Both the position numbers and the translations under genes were made by a program. Of a DNA stretch of 64,000 nt, positions 55,135 to 64,000 are shown piece by piece. A model generated the notes under the pieces. That model did not search any database. It worked only from the letters and a program-made list of their open reading frames with translations, and had not been told where the DNA came from. The stretch covers positions 19,818 through 83,817 of the forward strand of contig PBEC01000018.1 of assembly GCA_002717515.1 (NCBI GenBank), given 5' to 3'. Origin of the DNA: Flavobacteriales bacterium. Its GTDB lineage: Bacteria; Bacteroidota; Bacteroidia; Flavobacteriales_C; GCA-002722245. The first letter of the stretch is position 1, and each line of letters starts with the position of its first letter.

Positions 55135-56030
55135 TGATTAGGTTTTATTTCATACCTCTGATTTTGCTTTGTTCAATAACTTCTTTTTGTCAAGACGATA
55201 TGCTGGCTGATTTGGAAGAAGAGGCGGATAAAGAAGTTTCATATGTGCGTGCAACCTGGAAATCTCCGGTCCTTATAAATGCATATACCACAGAAACGGA
55301 AAGAAAAGGAGTTCTTGATTTTCAAATATCTCATAGATTTGGAGATATAGGAGGACAAGCGGGTGGTGGTCATACCTTGTTTGGATTGGATAGAGCATCA
55401 AATATCAGGTTTTCATTTGATTATGGTGTTACTGATGATTTTCAGATAGGAATAGGTAGAAGCAAAACGAATGAACACATTGACTTTATATTAAAGTATA
55501 AGTTTTTAAAACAAAAGAAAAAATCTGTTCCAATTACCGCTGTAATATTGTCCAATGCAGCATTTACTCCAAAAAAGAATATCGATAACTTAATCTTTAA
55601 AACAGCCCATAGATTTTCTTATGTCAATCAGCTTATCATAGGGAGCAAACTGAATAGAAAACTTTCAATGTTATTAAGTGCATCTCATTTCCATAAGAAT
55701 TTAGTGGTTCGTATGTCTGAATTTAATGGTCCTTTCGATCAAAATGAGCTATTTAGTTTTGGCGTTGCTTCTCGTTATAAGATGACGAAAAAACTTTCCC
55801 TAGTAGGAGAATATAACTATACTTTGGGAAAATTGAGAAGTTTGGAAAACAATTATTACCATCCATTGTCCTTTGGGATTGAATTGGAGACTGGAGGACA
55901 TATTTTTCATATTAATCTTTCCAATTCATCAGGCTTGATTTTTCAGGATTTATTGGATGAGGGTCCTGATTCTTGGACAGAAGGAGAAATTAAATTAGGA
56001 TTTAGAATATCTAGATTTTTTACTTTTTAA
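55134..56030 (+). CDS. DUF5777 family beta-barrel protein
   Basis: LDF.ISHRFG, FGLD.AS.IR, IELETGGHIFHI.LSNS and C-terminal GF.ISR.F.F. Confidence 0.85.
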   Translation: MIRFYFIPLILLCSITSFCQDDMLADLEEEADKEVSYVRATWKSPVLINAYTTETERKGVLDFQISHRFGDIGGQAGGGHTLFGLDRASNIRFSFDYGVTDDFQIGIGRSKTNEHIDFILKYKFLKQKKKSVPITAVILSNAAFTPKKNIDNLIFKTAHRFSYVNQLIIGSKLNRKLSMLLSASHFHKNLVVRMSEFNGPFDQNELFSFGVASRYKMTKKLSLVGEYNYTLGKLRSLENNYYHPLSFGIELETGGHIFHINLSNSSGLIFQDLLDEGPDSWTEGEIKLGFRISRFFTF

Positions 56031-56735
56031 ATGAATGAAAATTTTCAATTAAAAGAATCTTTTTACAGAGAAGATTTTGTTGATCCAATAGTTGGAATTA
56101 GCTTCTTATTGGTGTTTTTATTTCTTGTATTTACTTTATACAATTTTAGAGAGTATGTTAAAACAATACTTTTATCCAACATAAGTATTAAAAGTTTCAC
56201 TGAAGTAAAATCGGTTGAATCCAATAAAAATAAGAAGGCAAGTTTGTGGCTAAATTTGTTTTTTTTGATGGTGTTAAGTATGATGGGTTACAGTTTTATT
56301 ATTTCTGAAACAGATTATACGAGTTCTTTAAATCATTTTGAAAAATTATTTACATCTATTTGTGTAGTGGGTTTTTTATTTGTTTTCAAATACATTTTTA
56401 AAAAAGCTTTGGGTATAGTTTTTAGAAAAGAATATTTGACATCAATTTCGTATACTCATTTGAGCATCAAGGACAAAGTATTCGGTTTAATAGTTTTTCC
56501 TTTCCTGGTGATCTATAATTTCAGCCTTCCTTTGAAGGAAATTTCACTTATAATTATTGTTTTGATTTCTTGTTTTTATCTTTTTTTGAGGTGGATAAAT
56601 ACCTTTTTAGTTGGAATAAAGGACGGAAATGTTCCCTATTTTTACTCATTTTTGTATATTTGCACCCTCGAAATTATACCTGTTATTATTGCATTAAAGG
56701 TTTTTTCGAAGCCAATATTAAGCATTTTAGCTTAG
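56031..56735 (+). CDS. DUF4271 membrane protein
   Basis: Multi-TM protein ending in Y.FLYICTLEI.P; upstream of hemD as usual in Bacteroidota. Confidence 0.8.
   Translation: MNENFQLKESFYREDFVDPIVGISFLLVFLFLVFTLYNFREYVKTILLSNISIKSFTEVKSVESNKNKKASLWLNLFFLMVLSMMGYSFIISETDYTSSLNHFEKLFTSICVVGFLFVFKYIFKKALGIVFRKEYLTSISYTHLSIKDKVFGLIVFPFLVIYNFSLPLKEISLIIIVLISCFYLFLRWINTFLVGIKDGNVPYFYSFLYICTLEIIPVIIALKVFSKPILSILA
56655..56662 (+). promoter_or_regulatory. Internal -7 promoter element (probably for hemD) inside the DUF4271 gene
   Basis: TATATTTG(CACC), identical to the TAT-ATT-TGC (YIC) codons; about 90 nt upstream of hemD. Confidence 0.55.
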
Positions 56736-56750
56736 TAAAAAATAAAATTA

Positions 56751-57497
56751 ATGGGGAAAGCAATTAAATCTATTTTGGTTTCACAACCAAAACCTGAAAA
56801 TAAAAAGTCGCCTTTTTTTGGGTTAAGTGATAAGCATGATGTTAAAGTTGATTTTAGATCTTTTATACACGTAGAAGGTGTTGATGTTAAGGAGTTTCGC
56901 GAGCAAAAGATAAACTTTGCCGATTTTACGGCTGTTATTTTGACATCCAGAAAAGCTGTTGATAATTTTTTTAGAATTTGTGAAAAAACAAGATATTCTG
57001 TTCCAGATTCGATGAAATACTTTTGTGTGTCCGAGGCTGTTGCATTGTATTTACAAAAGCACGTAGTCTATAGGAAAAGAAAGATTTTTCACGGTCGTCA
57101 AAGATTTATAGAGTTAATGGAATTGATTAAAAAGCATAAATCTGAAAAGTTTTTGTTGCCTTCATCCGATATATTGAAGGATGTGATACCAAAACAATTA
57201 GAAGCTGCAGAAATCAATTATAAAAGGGCTATTTTATATAAAACAGTAGTTAGTGATTTAAGCGATTTAGAAAATGTGTTTTACGATTGTTTAGTATTTT
57301 ATAGTCCAGCGGGAATAGAGTCTTTATTTAAGAATTTCCCTGAATTTCAACAAAATGACACCAGGATTGCAGTTTTTGGAGAGACCACAAAAAATGCGGC
57401 AGTTAATGCTGGATTAGAAATTAATATCGCTGCTCCAGCTCCGAATGCTCCATCCATGACAGGTGCTATTGAGGCATACATAAAGGAATTTAATTAA
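56751..57497 (+). CDS. hemD: Uroporphyrinogen-III synthase
   Basis: IKSILVSQPKP, AVILTSR.AVD.FF and VFYSPAGI; Bacteroidota HemD type. Confidence 0.88.
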   Translation: MGKAIKSILVSQPKPENKKSPFFGLSDKHDVKVDFRSFIHVEGVDVKEFREQKINFADFTAVILTSRKAVDNFFRICEKTRYSVPDSMKYFCVSEAVALYLQKHVVYRKRKIFHGRQRFIELMELIKKHKSEKFLLPSSDILKDVIPKQLEAAEINYKRAILYKTVVSDLSDLENVFYDCLVFYSPAGIESLFKNFPEFQQNDTRIAVFGETTKNAAVNAGLEINIAAPAPNAPSMTGAIEAYIKEFN

Positions 57498-57517
57498 TAA
57501 ATTATAGAATTTGTTTT

Positions 57518-57545
57518 AAGGCACCTTAATGGGTGCCTTCTTTTG
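57518..57545 (+). terminator. Terminator after hemD, overlapping the stop of the convergent glycosyltransferase
   Basis: AAGGCACC-TTAATG-GGTGCCTT-CTTTT. Confidence 0.75.
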
Positions 57546-58578
57546 TTTTTCTATTAATTATATCTATTAGTTTTTGTGCTATTATATCTTGATTAAATTC
57601 CTTTTCAGCTAGATTTCTAGCGTTAATACCCAGGTTTTTTCTTTTTTTAGGATCATTGATTAAAGCCAGAATTTTTTCTGAAATTGCTTTTCCCGTATTT
57701 TTAACCAGTTCGATATTTTTATTTGGTGAAAAAATCTCTCGTACGGCGGGAGAGTCCATAGTTATAATTGGTTTTCCCATAGCTGCATAATGATAAATCT
57801 TATTAGGGATTACTAAGCTGGCTTTTGGGGTATCTCCAAAAATACCCAGACAAATATCAAATTTTGATATTTTTAAAGGTAGATTATCGTAATCAACCCA
57901 ACCGTCAAAATGGATGTTTTTAAGGTCATAATCGGAAACCAATTTTTGTATTTTTTCATATTCATAACCTGAACCTATTAAATTAAAAATGAGAGAACGG
58001 TTGTCTTTTAAAAGATTGGCAGCTTCGATAATAAACTTCACACCTTGTAATGGAATGAAGCCACCGTAGAACCCAACGATTAATGGATGATTGATCTCAT
58101 TTGTGGTGGGTTTAAATAAGGAGGTGTTTGCTCCAACAGGAAGGATATCAATTTTTTCCAAAGGAATATTAAATGTTTTGTGGTAATATTTTTTATGTTC
58201 TAATGTGTCAGCCAGAAGAATGTCTGTTGCATCGAAGGGCAATTTGTCTTTTAGGTAGTTTCTTAACGCTCTGGGTGATCTTCTTTTTACATTTTGATAA
58301 TCAAAAACTTTTGTTAAATAGTAGGAAATCAGGGGGTCAAATACGACGGGTTTTGTAGTGTGTTTTTTTATTAATCGAACAAACTTATGCGAAAAAGAAG
58401 GACAGTATATCACGTCTGATTGTTCACTAAGATTTTGGAATTTTTTTCGATTGAAGTTTCTTCTTTTTTCGAATTTATATTCAATTAATGTAATATCATT
58501 TTGATTTCTTAACCCTTCAATGAGGATTTTGTCTCTATTGTATTCTCCTGTGTATTTTCCCGCAAATAAAATAATCAT
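57526..58578 (-). CDS. Glycosyltransferase family 4
   Basis: FYG.F.PLQG...I, DICLGIF...K...VIPNK.Y.Y.AMGKP.IT. Confidence 0.9.
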   Translation of the reverse strand: MIILFAGKYTGEYNRDKILIEGLRNQNDITLIEYKFEKRRNFNRKKFQNLSEQSDVIYCPSFSHKFVRLIKKHTTKPVVFDPLISYYLTKVFDYQNVKRRSPRALRNYLKDKLPFDATDILLADTLEHKKYYHKTFNIPLEKIDILPVGANTSLFKPTTNEINHPLIVGFYGGFIPLQGVKFIIEAANLLKDNRSLIFNLIGSGYEYEKIQKLVSDYDLKNIHFDGWVDYDNLPLKISKFDICLGIFGDTPKASLVIPNKIYHYAAMGKPIITMDSPAVREIFSPNKNIELVKNTGKAISEKILALINDPKKRKNLGINARNLAEKEFNQDIIAQKLIDIINRKTKEGTH

Positions 58579-58637
58579 ATTTATTGTGAATACTGCGAGG
58601 ATTAATAATTTGACAACTGCTCTTTAAATATCATTTC

Positions 58638-59771
58638 TTAGGGTTTTGCTCTCAGTAAATTACAAATGTTTAAACTCAGATTCATAAAGGCAATCTTTCC
58701 GTTCGCATTTCTCCAAATAGCCGTATGTGTACTTTCGAAAATATCGATTATTTCTAAGATGTTACCCCCATGAATGAATCGAGAAAAATTATCATTGAAC
58801 ACTTGTTCTTTTTCATTTAATCTATTCATTTCGGGACTAACATAATTGTGAAGAATACATTCTCGAAATATTCTCAATCCGTACTCTAAAAAATCTTTTT
58901 GTGCGATCCTTCCAAGTTTATCGATTTCATTAACCCACTTTTCAAGTTTAAGAAAGTCCGCAGTATAACAAAGTCGCATCCACTTTTGAAATAATCCTAC
59001 GAAGTTCTCTTCGTTTTCAGATTCATTTGATAAAGTAAGTGCTTTTGAGAAATTACCATCGGCTAAAACTGAAATTGATTGAGCTAAACTTTCAGGAAGT
59101 CCTTCTTTTTGGATTAAACCCTGTATAATATCTTCATCTTTCAAAGTCCCAGTCTTATTGATTTGAACACGTGAAATAATTGTAGGTAAGAGCTGTTCCG
59201 TATTATGACCAACAAGCAAAAATATTGAGTTGGGACTTGGCTCTTCAAGTACTTTTAATATTTTATTGGAACATTCAATATTCATGTTCTCAGGACACCA
59301 AATAATAATAATTTTAAATTTTGACTCATAGTTTTTTAATGAAACGGCTTTTACAATGTCATGACTATCTAGAATATTTATTTTCGATAGTTTTTCTTTT
59401 GCTCCAATATGAGTCATCCAATCATTAAGAGTGAAATATTCGTTTCGAGTTAGAAACTCAATCCACATCTTGATTAGTTTTTTACTAGATGGTTTTTCCT
59501 TTACCTCACTACAAACTGCCGAAGGATAAAAAAAATGTAAATCAGGATGTTGTTTATTTAAAAATTTACGGCAACTGGAACATTTTCCGCAGGAATCAGA
59601 AACACCTTGATTTTCGCAATTTATGTATTGAGCATAGGCAAGTGACAATTGAAAATTCCCACCTCCTTCCGTTCCTAAAAAAAGTTGTGCATGACTTATT
59701 CTTCCTTGTTTAACACTATTAATTAGTTGTTTTTTTATCTCTTTATGTCCAATTACATCCTTGAATAACAT
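58638..59771 (-). CDS. holB: DNA polymerase III subunit delta-prime
   Basis: F.DVIGH, HAQLF.G.EG.G, C.KC..C, HPDLHF.YP, NKILK.LEEP and LLPTIISR. Confidence 0.92.
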   Translation of the reverse strand: MLFKDVIGHKEIKKQLINSVKQGRISHAQLFLGTEGGGNFQLSLAYAQYINCENQGVSDSCGKCSSCRKFLNKQHPDLHFFYPSAVCSEVKEKPSSKKLIKMWIEFLTRNEYFTLNDWMTHIGAKEKLSKINILDSHDIVKAVSLKNYESKFKIIIIWCPENMNIECSNKILKVLEEPSPNSIFLLVGHNTEQLLPTIISRVQINKTGTLKDEDIIQGLIQKEGLPESLAQSISVLADGNFSKALTLSNESENEENFVGLFQKWMRLCYTADFLKLEKWVNEIDKLGRIAQKDFLEYGLRIFRECILHNYVSPEMNRLNEKEQVFNDNFSRFIHGGNILEIIDIFESTHTAIWRNANGKIAFMNLSLNICNLLRAKP

Positions 59772-59778
59772 CGAGTAT

Positions 59779-59786
59779 CAAAGATA
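59779..59786 (-). promoter_or_regulatory. -7 promoter element for holB
   Basis: TATCTTTG on the minus strand, 7 nt upstream of the ATG. Confidence 0.65.
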
Positions 59787-59969
59787 AAGTTTCCAACCAA
59801 TTAATCATCAGTCTTTATTGTATATCTATATTAATACTTTAAAGAAACTAAAGGAAATTCTATTTTCATTTAAGTTAAGCTCGTAATCTCGGGGAATTAC
59901 CAAACAGATTTGTTAAATTTGATAAGTAACATGTAGGAATTTATTAAAAGAAGAAAACATTTGACTAAT

Positions 59970-61160
59970 ATGAGTAATGTAAAAGAATATGATTTTTCAG
60001 GAAAAAAAGCAATTGTAAGAGTTGATTTTAATGTTCCTTTAAATGAGAATTTTAATGTTAGTGACGACACAAGAATTAGAGCTGCCGTTCCCACGATAAA
60101 AACCATTTTAGATAAAGGAGGAAGTGCAATATTAATGTCTCATTTGGGAAGACCAAAAAACGGTCCTGAAGATAAGTTTTCTTTAAAGCATATTGTTTCT
60201 AAAGTTTCTGATAACCTAGGTGTTCAAGTTAAATTCATATCGGATTGTATTGGTCCCGATGTTGAAAGTGCTGCTTCGAATTTAAAGCCAGGAGAAGTTC
60301 TTTTGCTTGAAAACTTAAGGTTTTATAAGGAGGAGGTCGCTGGTGATGAACAATTTTCGGAGCAACTGGCAAAGTTAGCGGATTGTTATGTTAATGATGC
60401 TTTTGGAACTGCACATAGGGCGCACGCATCAACAACTATAATTGCAAAATTCTTTCCGAAAGACAAGATGTTTGGTTTATTGTTAGCTGGGGAACTAGAA
60501 AGTATAGATAAGGCGATTAAAACAGGAAAAGGTCCTTTAACCGCGATAATGGGGGGGTCGAAAGTTTCTTCAAAAATTCAAATTATTACCCAGATGCTCG
60601 GAAAAGTAGACAATTTAATTATTGGAGGAGGAATGGGATATACTTTCTCGAAAGCTACTGGAGGAAAAATAGGAAATTCAATTGTGGAAGATGACTTCTT
60701 ACAAACTGCATTGGATGTTCTAAAACAAGCAGAGGAAAAAGGAGTAAATATTTACTTGCCTGTTGATTCTATAGTAGCGGATGATTTTTCAAATGACGCT
60801 AACACTCAAGTTGCAACGGCCGGACAAATTCCGGATGGATGGGAAGGTTTGGATTGTGGTCCAGAGTCAAGAAAGATTTTTGGTGATGTTATTGAAAGAT
60901 CAGGAACAGTGCTTTGGAATGGACCTGTAGGTGTATTTGAATTGGATGCTTTTGGCGAAGGAACAAAAGCAATTGCAAATTCTGTTGCTCAAGCAACTAA
61001 GAATGGTGCTTTTACATTAATAGGAGGAGGTGATTCTGTAGCAGCCATTAATAAATACGGGTTGGCAGATCAAGTGTCATATATTTCAACCGGTGGAGGA
61101 GCTCTGTTGGAGCTTCTAGAGGGTAAAGTTTTACCTGGGGTTGATGCAATCTTGAATTGA
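59970..61160 (+). CDS. pgk: Phosphoglycerate kinase
   Basis: [51 protein letters not shown] and STGGGA.LE.LEGK. Confidence 0.98.
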   Translation: MSNVKEYDFSGKKAIVRVDFNVPLNENFNVSDDTRIRAAVPTIKTILDKGGSAILMSHLGRPKNGPEDKFSLKHIVSKVSDNLGVQVKFISDCIGPDVESAASNLKPGEVLLLENLRFYKEEVAGDEQFSEQLAKLADCYVNDAFGTAHRAHASTTIIAKFFPKDKMFGLLLAGELESIDKAIKTGKGPLTAIMGGSKVSSKIQIITQMLGKVDNLIIGGGMGYTFSKATGGKIGNSIVEDDFLQTALDVLKQAEEKGVNIYLPVDSIVADDFSNDANTQVATAGQIPDGWEGLDCGPESRKIFGDVIERSGTVLWNGPVGVFELDAFGEGTKAIANSVAQATKNGAFTLIGGGDSVAAINKYGLADQVSYISTGGGALLELLEGKVLPGVDAILN

Positions 61161-61182
61161 TTATTGATATAAAATTGGATTT

Positions 61183-61208
61183 AAAGCTCTGAATTTTCAG
61201 GGCTTTTT
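61183..61208. terminator. Intrinsic terminator after pgk
   Basis: AAAGCTCTGAA-TT-TTCAGGGCTTT-TT. Confidence 0.8.
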
Positions 61209-61235
61209 CTTATTTTCATGAACAATCAGAAAGTG

Positions 61236-61487
61236 TTAAATGAACTCTTTGTAGGGGACTAAATTTGCAGCAAGTCTTGATATTGTAGCCATTTTTGAAA
61301 ATCTATTTTCGTTGACAGCCGATTTTAAATATTTGACTCTCAAGGAATAAAAATTTTTAATCGCTTTTTGTTCGCTAAAGCTGATTGGTTCATCATACAT
61401 TTCTTTAATAACAATATCATTTATAGAAGTGAAATGAAGATTACACTTTTTCCGATATTTTTTTACTAAGCCCTCTAAATTTTTCAT
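61236..61487 (-). CDS. Small basic hypothetical protein
   Basis: 83-aa ORF (KKYRKKCNLHFTSIND...) that tiles the gap and is co-oriented with the upstream genes. Confidence 0.65.
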   Translation of the reverse strand: MKNLEGLVKKYRKKCNLHFTSINDIVIKEMYDEPISFSEQKAIKNFYSLRVKYLKSAVNENRFSKMATISRLAANLVPYKEFI

Positions 61488-61574
61488 TCAGTGCTGAAAA
61501 AACTTAAACTAAAGTTTAAAAGTATAAAAATGTTACGGTAAAACACGTATTCAAGATACGTTTAATAAGGTATT

Positions 61575-62039
61575 TTAAAGACCAATGTATTCTGTGGTCA
61601 AAACTTTAATTCTTCTGGAAAGTCCAAGAGCTGAAGCATGTACATAACCTTCTAGTTCTAATTTTAGTTTTCCACCTTTTGAAGCCATAGAAATAATAGA
61701 TAAGAGACTACTTCCAAGCAGGTTTTTAATTTTAGCTTCAACTCCAATTTCAAGAACGCCATCGCTTTTCTTTGGTATTTTAACCGGTTTGGTTATTTTA
61801 AATTTACCGAGATTAATTCCGTTTGCTTTTACATTTATTTCTCCTCCTTTGGCCTTAATAGCAAACCAATTTGGATTTTCAAGACGGACTCCTAAGTTTA
61901 ATTTTATTCCATTTTTTAATGAGATTTCTTCAACTTTATGATTGGAAATTCCTTTAAACTCAAGGTCTCTGAATGCAATACAACTCTCCAAAGAACAAAT
62001 AACTAACAAAAAAGAAAAGTATCTAAAAAAAGTGGTCAT
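61575..62039 (-). CDS. LEA type 2 (WHy-like) lipoprotein
   Basis: Lipobox LESC; VRLENPN.F.I and beta-sandwich pattern. Confidence 0.8.
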   Translation of the reverse strand: MTTFFRYFSFLLVICSLESCIAFRDLEFKGISNHKVEEISLKNGIKLNLGVRLENPNWFAIKAKGGEINVKANGINLGKFKITKPVKIPKKSDGVLEIGVEAKIKNLLGSSLLSIISMASKGGKLKLELEGYVHASALGLSRRIKVLTTEYIGL

Positions 62040-62064
62040 AACTGAAAAACGCTAAAAGAGTCTA

Positions 62065-62472
62065 TTATTGTTGATTGAGTATTGATTTGATATCAGGTTT
62101 GAAATAATTAGGTCCTTTTAGAACTTTTCCGTCTTCTCTGTAAATAGGCTTACCATCTTCTCCTAATTTACTCATGTTACTTTTCTGAATTTCTTCAAAA
62201 ACTTCAACAATTTTGTGCTGCATTCCATGTTTCATTATAGTCCCGAAAAGAATGTACATTAAATCACCAAGAGCATCAGCGACTTCAACCATGTCGCCAT
62301 TTTTTGCTGCGTTGATGTATTCTTCATTTTCTTCTTTGAGTAAATCGAAACGAAGTTGGATGTCTTTTTCGGAAAGTTGAGTAGTGGGCTTGTAGTTGTT
62401 TTTAATTCCAAAAGAATCATGAAATTGTTCTACACAATTAATTAATTCGTGAATATCTTTTTTTGTTTCCAT
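62065..62472 (-). CDS. MazG-like NTP pyrophosphohydrolase (PRA-PH-like family)
   Basis: LL.EEN.EY, EVADALGD, SNMSKL and REDGKVLKGPNYF.P. Confidence 0.92.
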   Translation of the reverse strand: METKKDIHELINCVEQFHDSFGIKNNYKPTTQLSEKDIQLRFDLLKEENEEYINAAKNGDMVEVADALGDLMYILFGTIMKHGMQHKIVEVFEEIQKSNMSKLGEDGKPIYREDGKVLKGPNYFKPDIKSILNQQ

Positions 62473-62478
62473 AGTGTT

Positions 62479-62856
62479 TTAGTTACCAAATTTCATTTCT
62501 TTTAAACCCTCTGGAAGGTTTTTCCAGCTGTAAAAAACGCCAATATCTTCTCCTTCTTTCCAAAGTGGTAAATCAGGATGGAGAGCAAATTCAAAAATTC
62601 GATCCGTATTTTCGATATCATAAATCTCTTCTTCTTTAATTAAAGCAGCTTCAATTACGACTAAAAATGATTCATCATCACCAATTAATTCAATAATTCG
62701 GCAGTTTTTCATGGTTACGGATTCTGTCTCGTTATCGTCCTTATCGTAAAGTGGTAAATTAAAATCGCCTGTTTTATCTTTAATAGTAACAATGTCAAAG
62801 GGCAATTCCTCCTGAAATTCCCATTCTGATGCATGAATATTAAAATTTACGGTCAT
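62479..62856 (-). CDS. Acidic hypothetical protein
   Basis: 125-aa ORF with its own TATATTTG element upstream; no family recognised. Confidence 0.7.
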   Translation of the reverse strand: MTVNFNIHASEWEFQEELPFDIVTIKDKTGDFNLPLYDKDDNETESVTMKNCRIIELIGDDESFLVVIEAALIKEEEIYDIENTDRIFEFALHPDLPLWKEGEDIGVFYSWKNLPEGLKEMKFGN

Positions 62857-62869
62857 ACTATTTTTTTAA

Positions 62870-62877
62870 CAAATATA
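62870..62877 (-). promoter_or_regulatory. -7 promoter element
   Basis: TATATTTG on the minus strand, 13 nt upstream of ATG 62856. Confidence 0.65.
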
Positions 62878-62957
62878 ACAACTACTAAAATCCAAAACTT
62901 AATTGTGGATATATTGTGAAAAGAATCCTTACAAATCTTGTTTTGAGTTTGTTTGGT

Positions 62958-64000
62958 TTAACTCTTTTCTTTTGTTATTGCAAGATATTCTAAAAGCGTT
63001 TTATGGGCTGTTACTGATTTTGTGAATTTTTGTAACGTTTTTTGTTGCTCATTGATGATTTTATCTAAATCAATACTTCCATTTAATATTCTTTCTATTT
63101 GATTGGCCAATTCGTTTGCGTCTTTTATATCGGCAAGTAGTCCGTTTTTTTCATGTTGAACAATTTCAGGAATACCTCCTGCTCGAGTTGCTACAACAGG
63201 TAATTGACATGCAAAAGCATCAATAATAGAGGTTCCTAATCCTTCTGTTTCACTAGTCATTAAAAAGATATCAAGTTCTGGCAAAATTTCTTGAATGTCT
63301 GTTCGGAAACCCGTGAAAATAATATGATTAGAAAGTTTTTTTTGAATACAATATTGTTTTATTTTTTCTTCTAAAGGTCCTGTCCCAATGATGAAAAACT
63401 TCACATTTAAGTTTCTTTTAACAATTTCTTCGGCTGTATTTATAAATGTATAATAATCCTTGTGGGGTGCAATTGCAGCAACATTTCCTATAATTTTTAC
63501 ATTACTTGGTATTTGATATTCTTTTCGGAGTTTTTGATTGTTATTTTGGTTAAATGAGAATTTATTTAAGTCTATGCCTGAATGTACAGTAGTTAAAATA
63601 GATTTGTCTCCAATATCTGGATAGAGAACTTCTTTTATTGCGTTGGAAACACAAATAATTTTCTTAATTTTTTTATGGTTGTACTTTTTAATGGATGAAC
63701 GATTAATTTTAAAATCAACTCTTCGACTTACAACTATGGGCGTTACGTTTCCAAATAGTGAAGCCGCAATTAGCGCGAATGAATGTGCATGAGAGTCATG
63801 GGCGTGTATGAGATCAATTTTTTTTTTCTTTGCATATTGATTTAATTCTTTTGGCGAATAAAGGGTCAATTGCAGATGTTTTTCGGCACTCAAAAATATT
63901 CCAACCTTTTTTTTTGCCTTTTATCGCCATTTCTCCATTTTTTCTGCAAAGGATATATTGGCATACGCCTTTCTTATGAAGTTCTTCGTATAGATAGGCC
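62958..64000 (-). pseudogene. Glycosyltransferase family 4, 5' end outside the window, frameshifted at an A10 tract (63818-63827)
   Basis: Upstream frame AYLYEELHKKG...IKSICKEKK hits a stop; removing one A joins it to IDLIHAHDSHAH...SRRVDF...EGLGTSIIDAF. Confidence 0.88.

Noticed and set aside
2302-59713. The many short antisense or alternative-frame ORFs in the track (e.g. 2302-2514, 14143-14857, 23484-23861, 40294-40728, 45574-45876)
   Set aside because: They lie within well-supported genes, have no motifs, and are expected shadows.
1-64000. tRNA, rRNA, IS/transposase, prophage or defence genes
   Set aside because: No cloverleaf or T-loop context, transposase, integrase, terminal inverted repeats or defence domains were recognised by eye; tRNAscan-SE, Infernal and DefenseFinder would confirm.

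Overview
AT-rich (roughly one-third GC) chromosomal window from a Bacteroidota genome, probably order Flavobacteriales (inference from GldH, type A and B T9SS cargo, TAnnTTTG promoters and Bacteroidota-type IleRS). Most of it is housekeeping: the end of the SUF operon (sufD-sufS-sufE-SufT-DUF2480), ricT-gldH-PBP1A, ileS-dksA, mltD, argH, rbfA, an ExbB/ExbD2 cluster, ruvB, DAHP synthase/chorismate mutase, thrABC, hemD, holB and pgk. I found no tRNA, rRNA, CRISPR array or transposase. The most interesting items are (1) an unannotated 28-codon Thr/Ile-rich leader peptide with alternative RNA pairings upstream of thrA; (2) a 7-gene operon led by a GbsR/MarR regulator, carrying two TTTCA-N8-TGAAA operator-like sites and encoding a sterol/tocopherol-type methyltransferase, a DCC thiol protein, two DUF2071 paralogues and an atypical SDR; (3) a very basic, probably disordered lipoprotein made of 11 FxDSY repeats; (4) three homopolymer frameshifts (PBP1A A4, an AT-rich secreted gene A11, a glycosyltransferase A10) that may be phase variation/slippage or assembly errors; and (5) an approximately 95-aa helical insert in PBP1A. 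Family assignments come from motif recognition only; no database searches were run.
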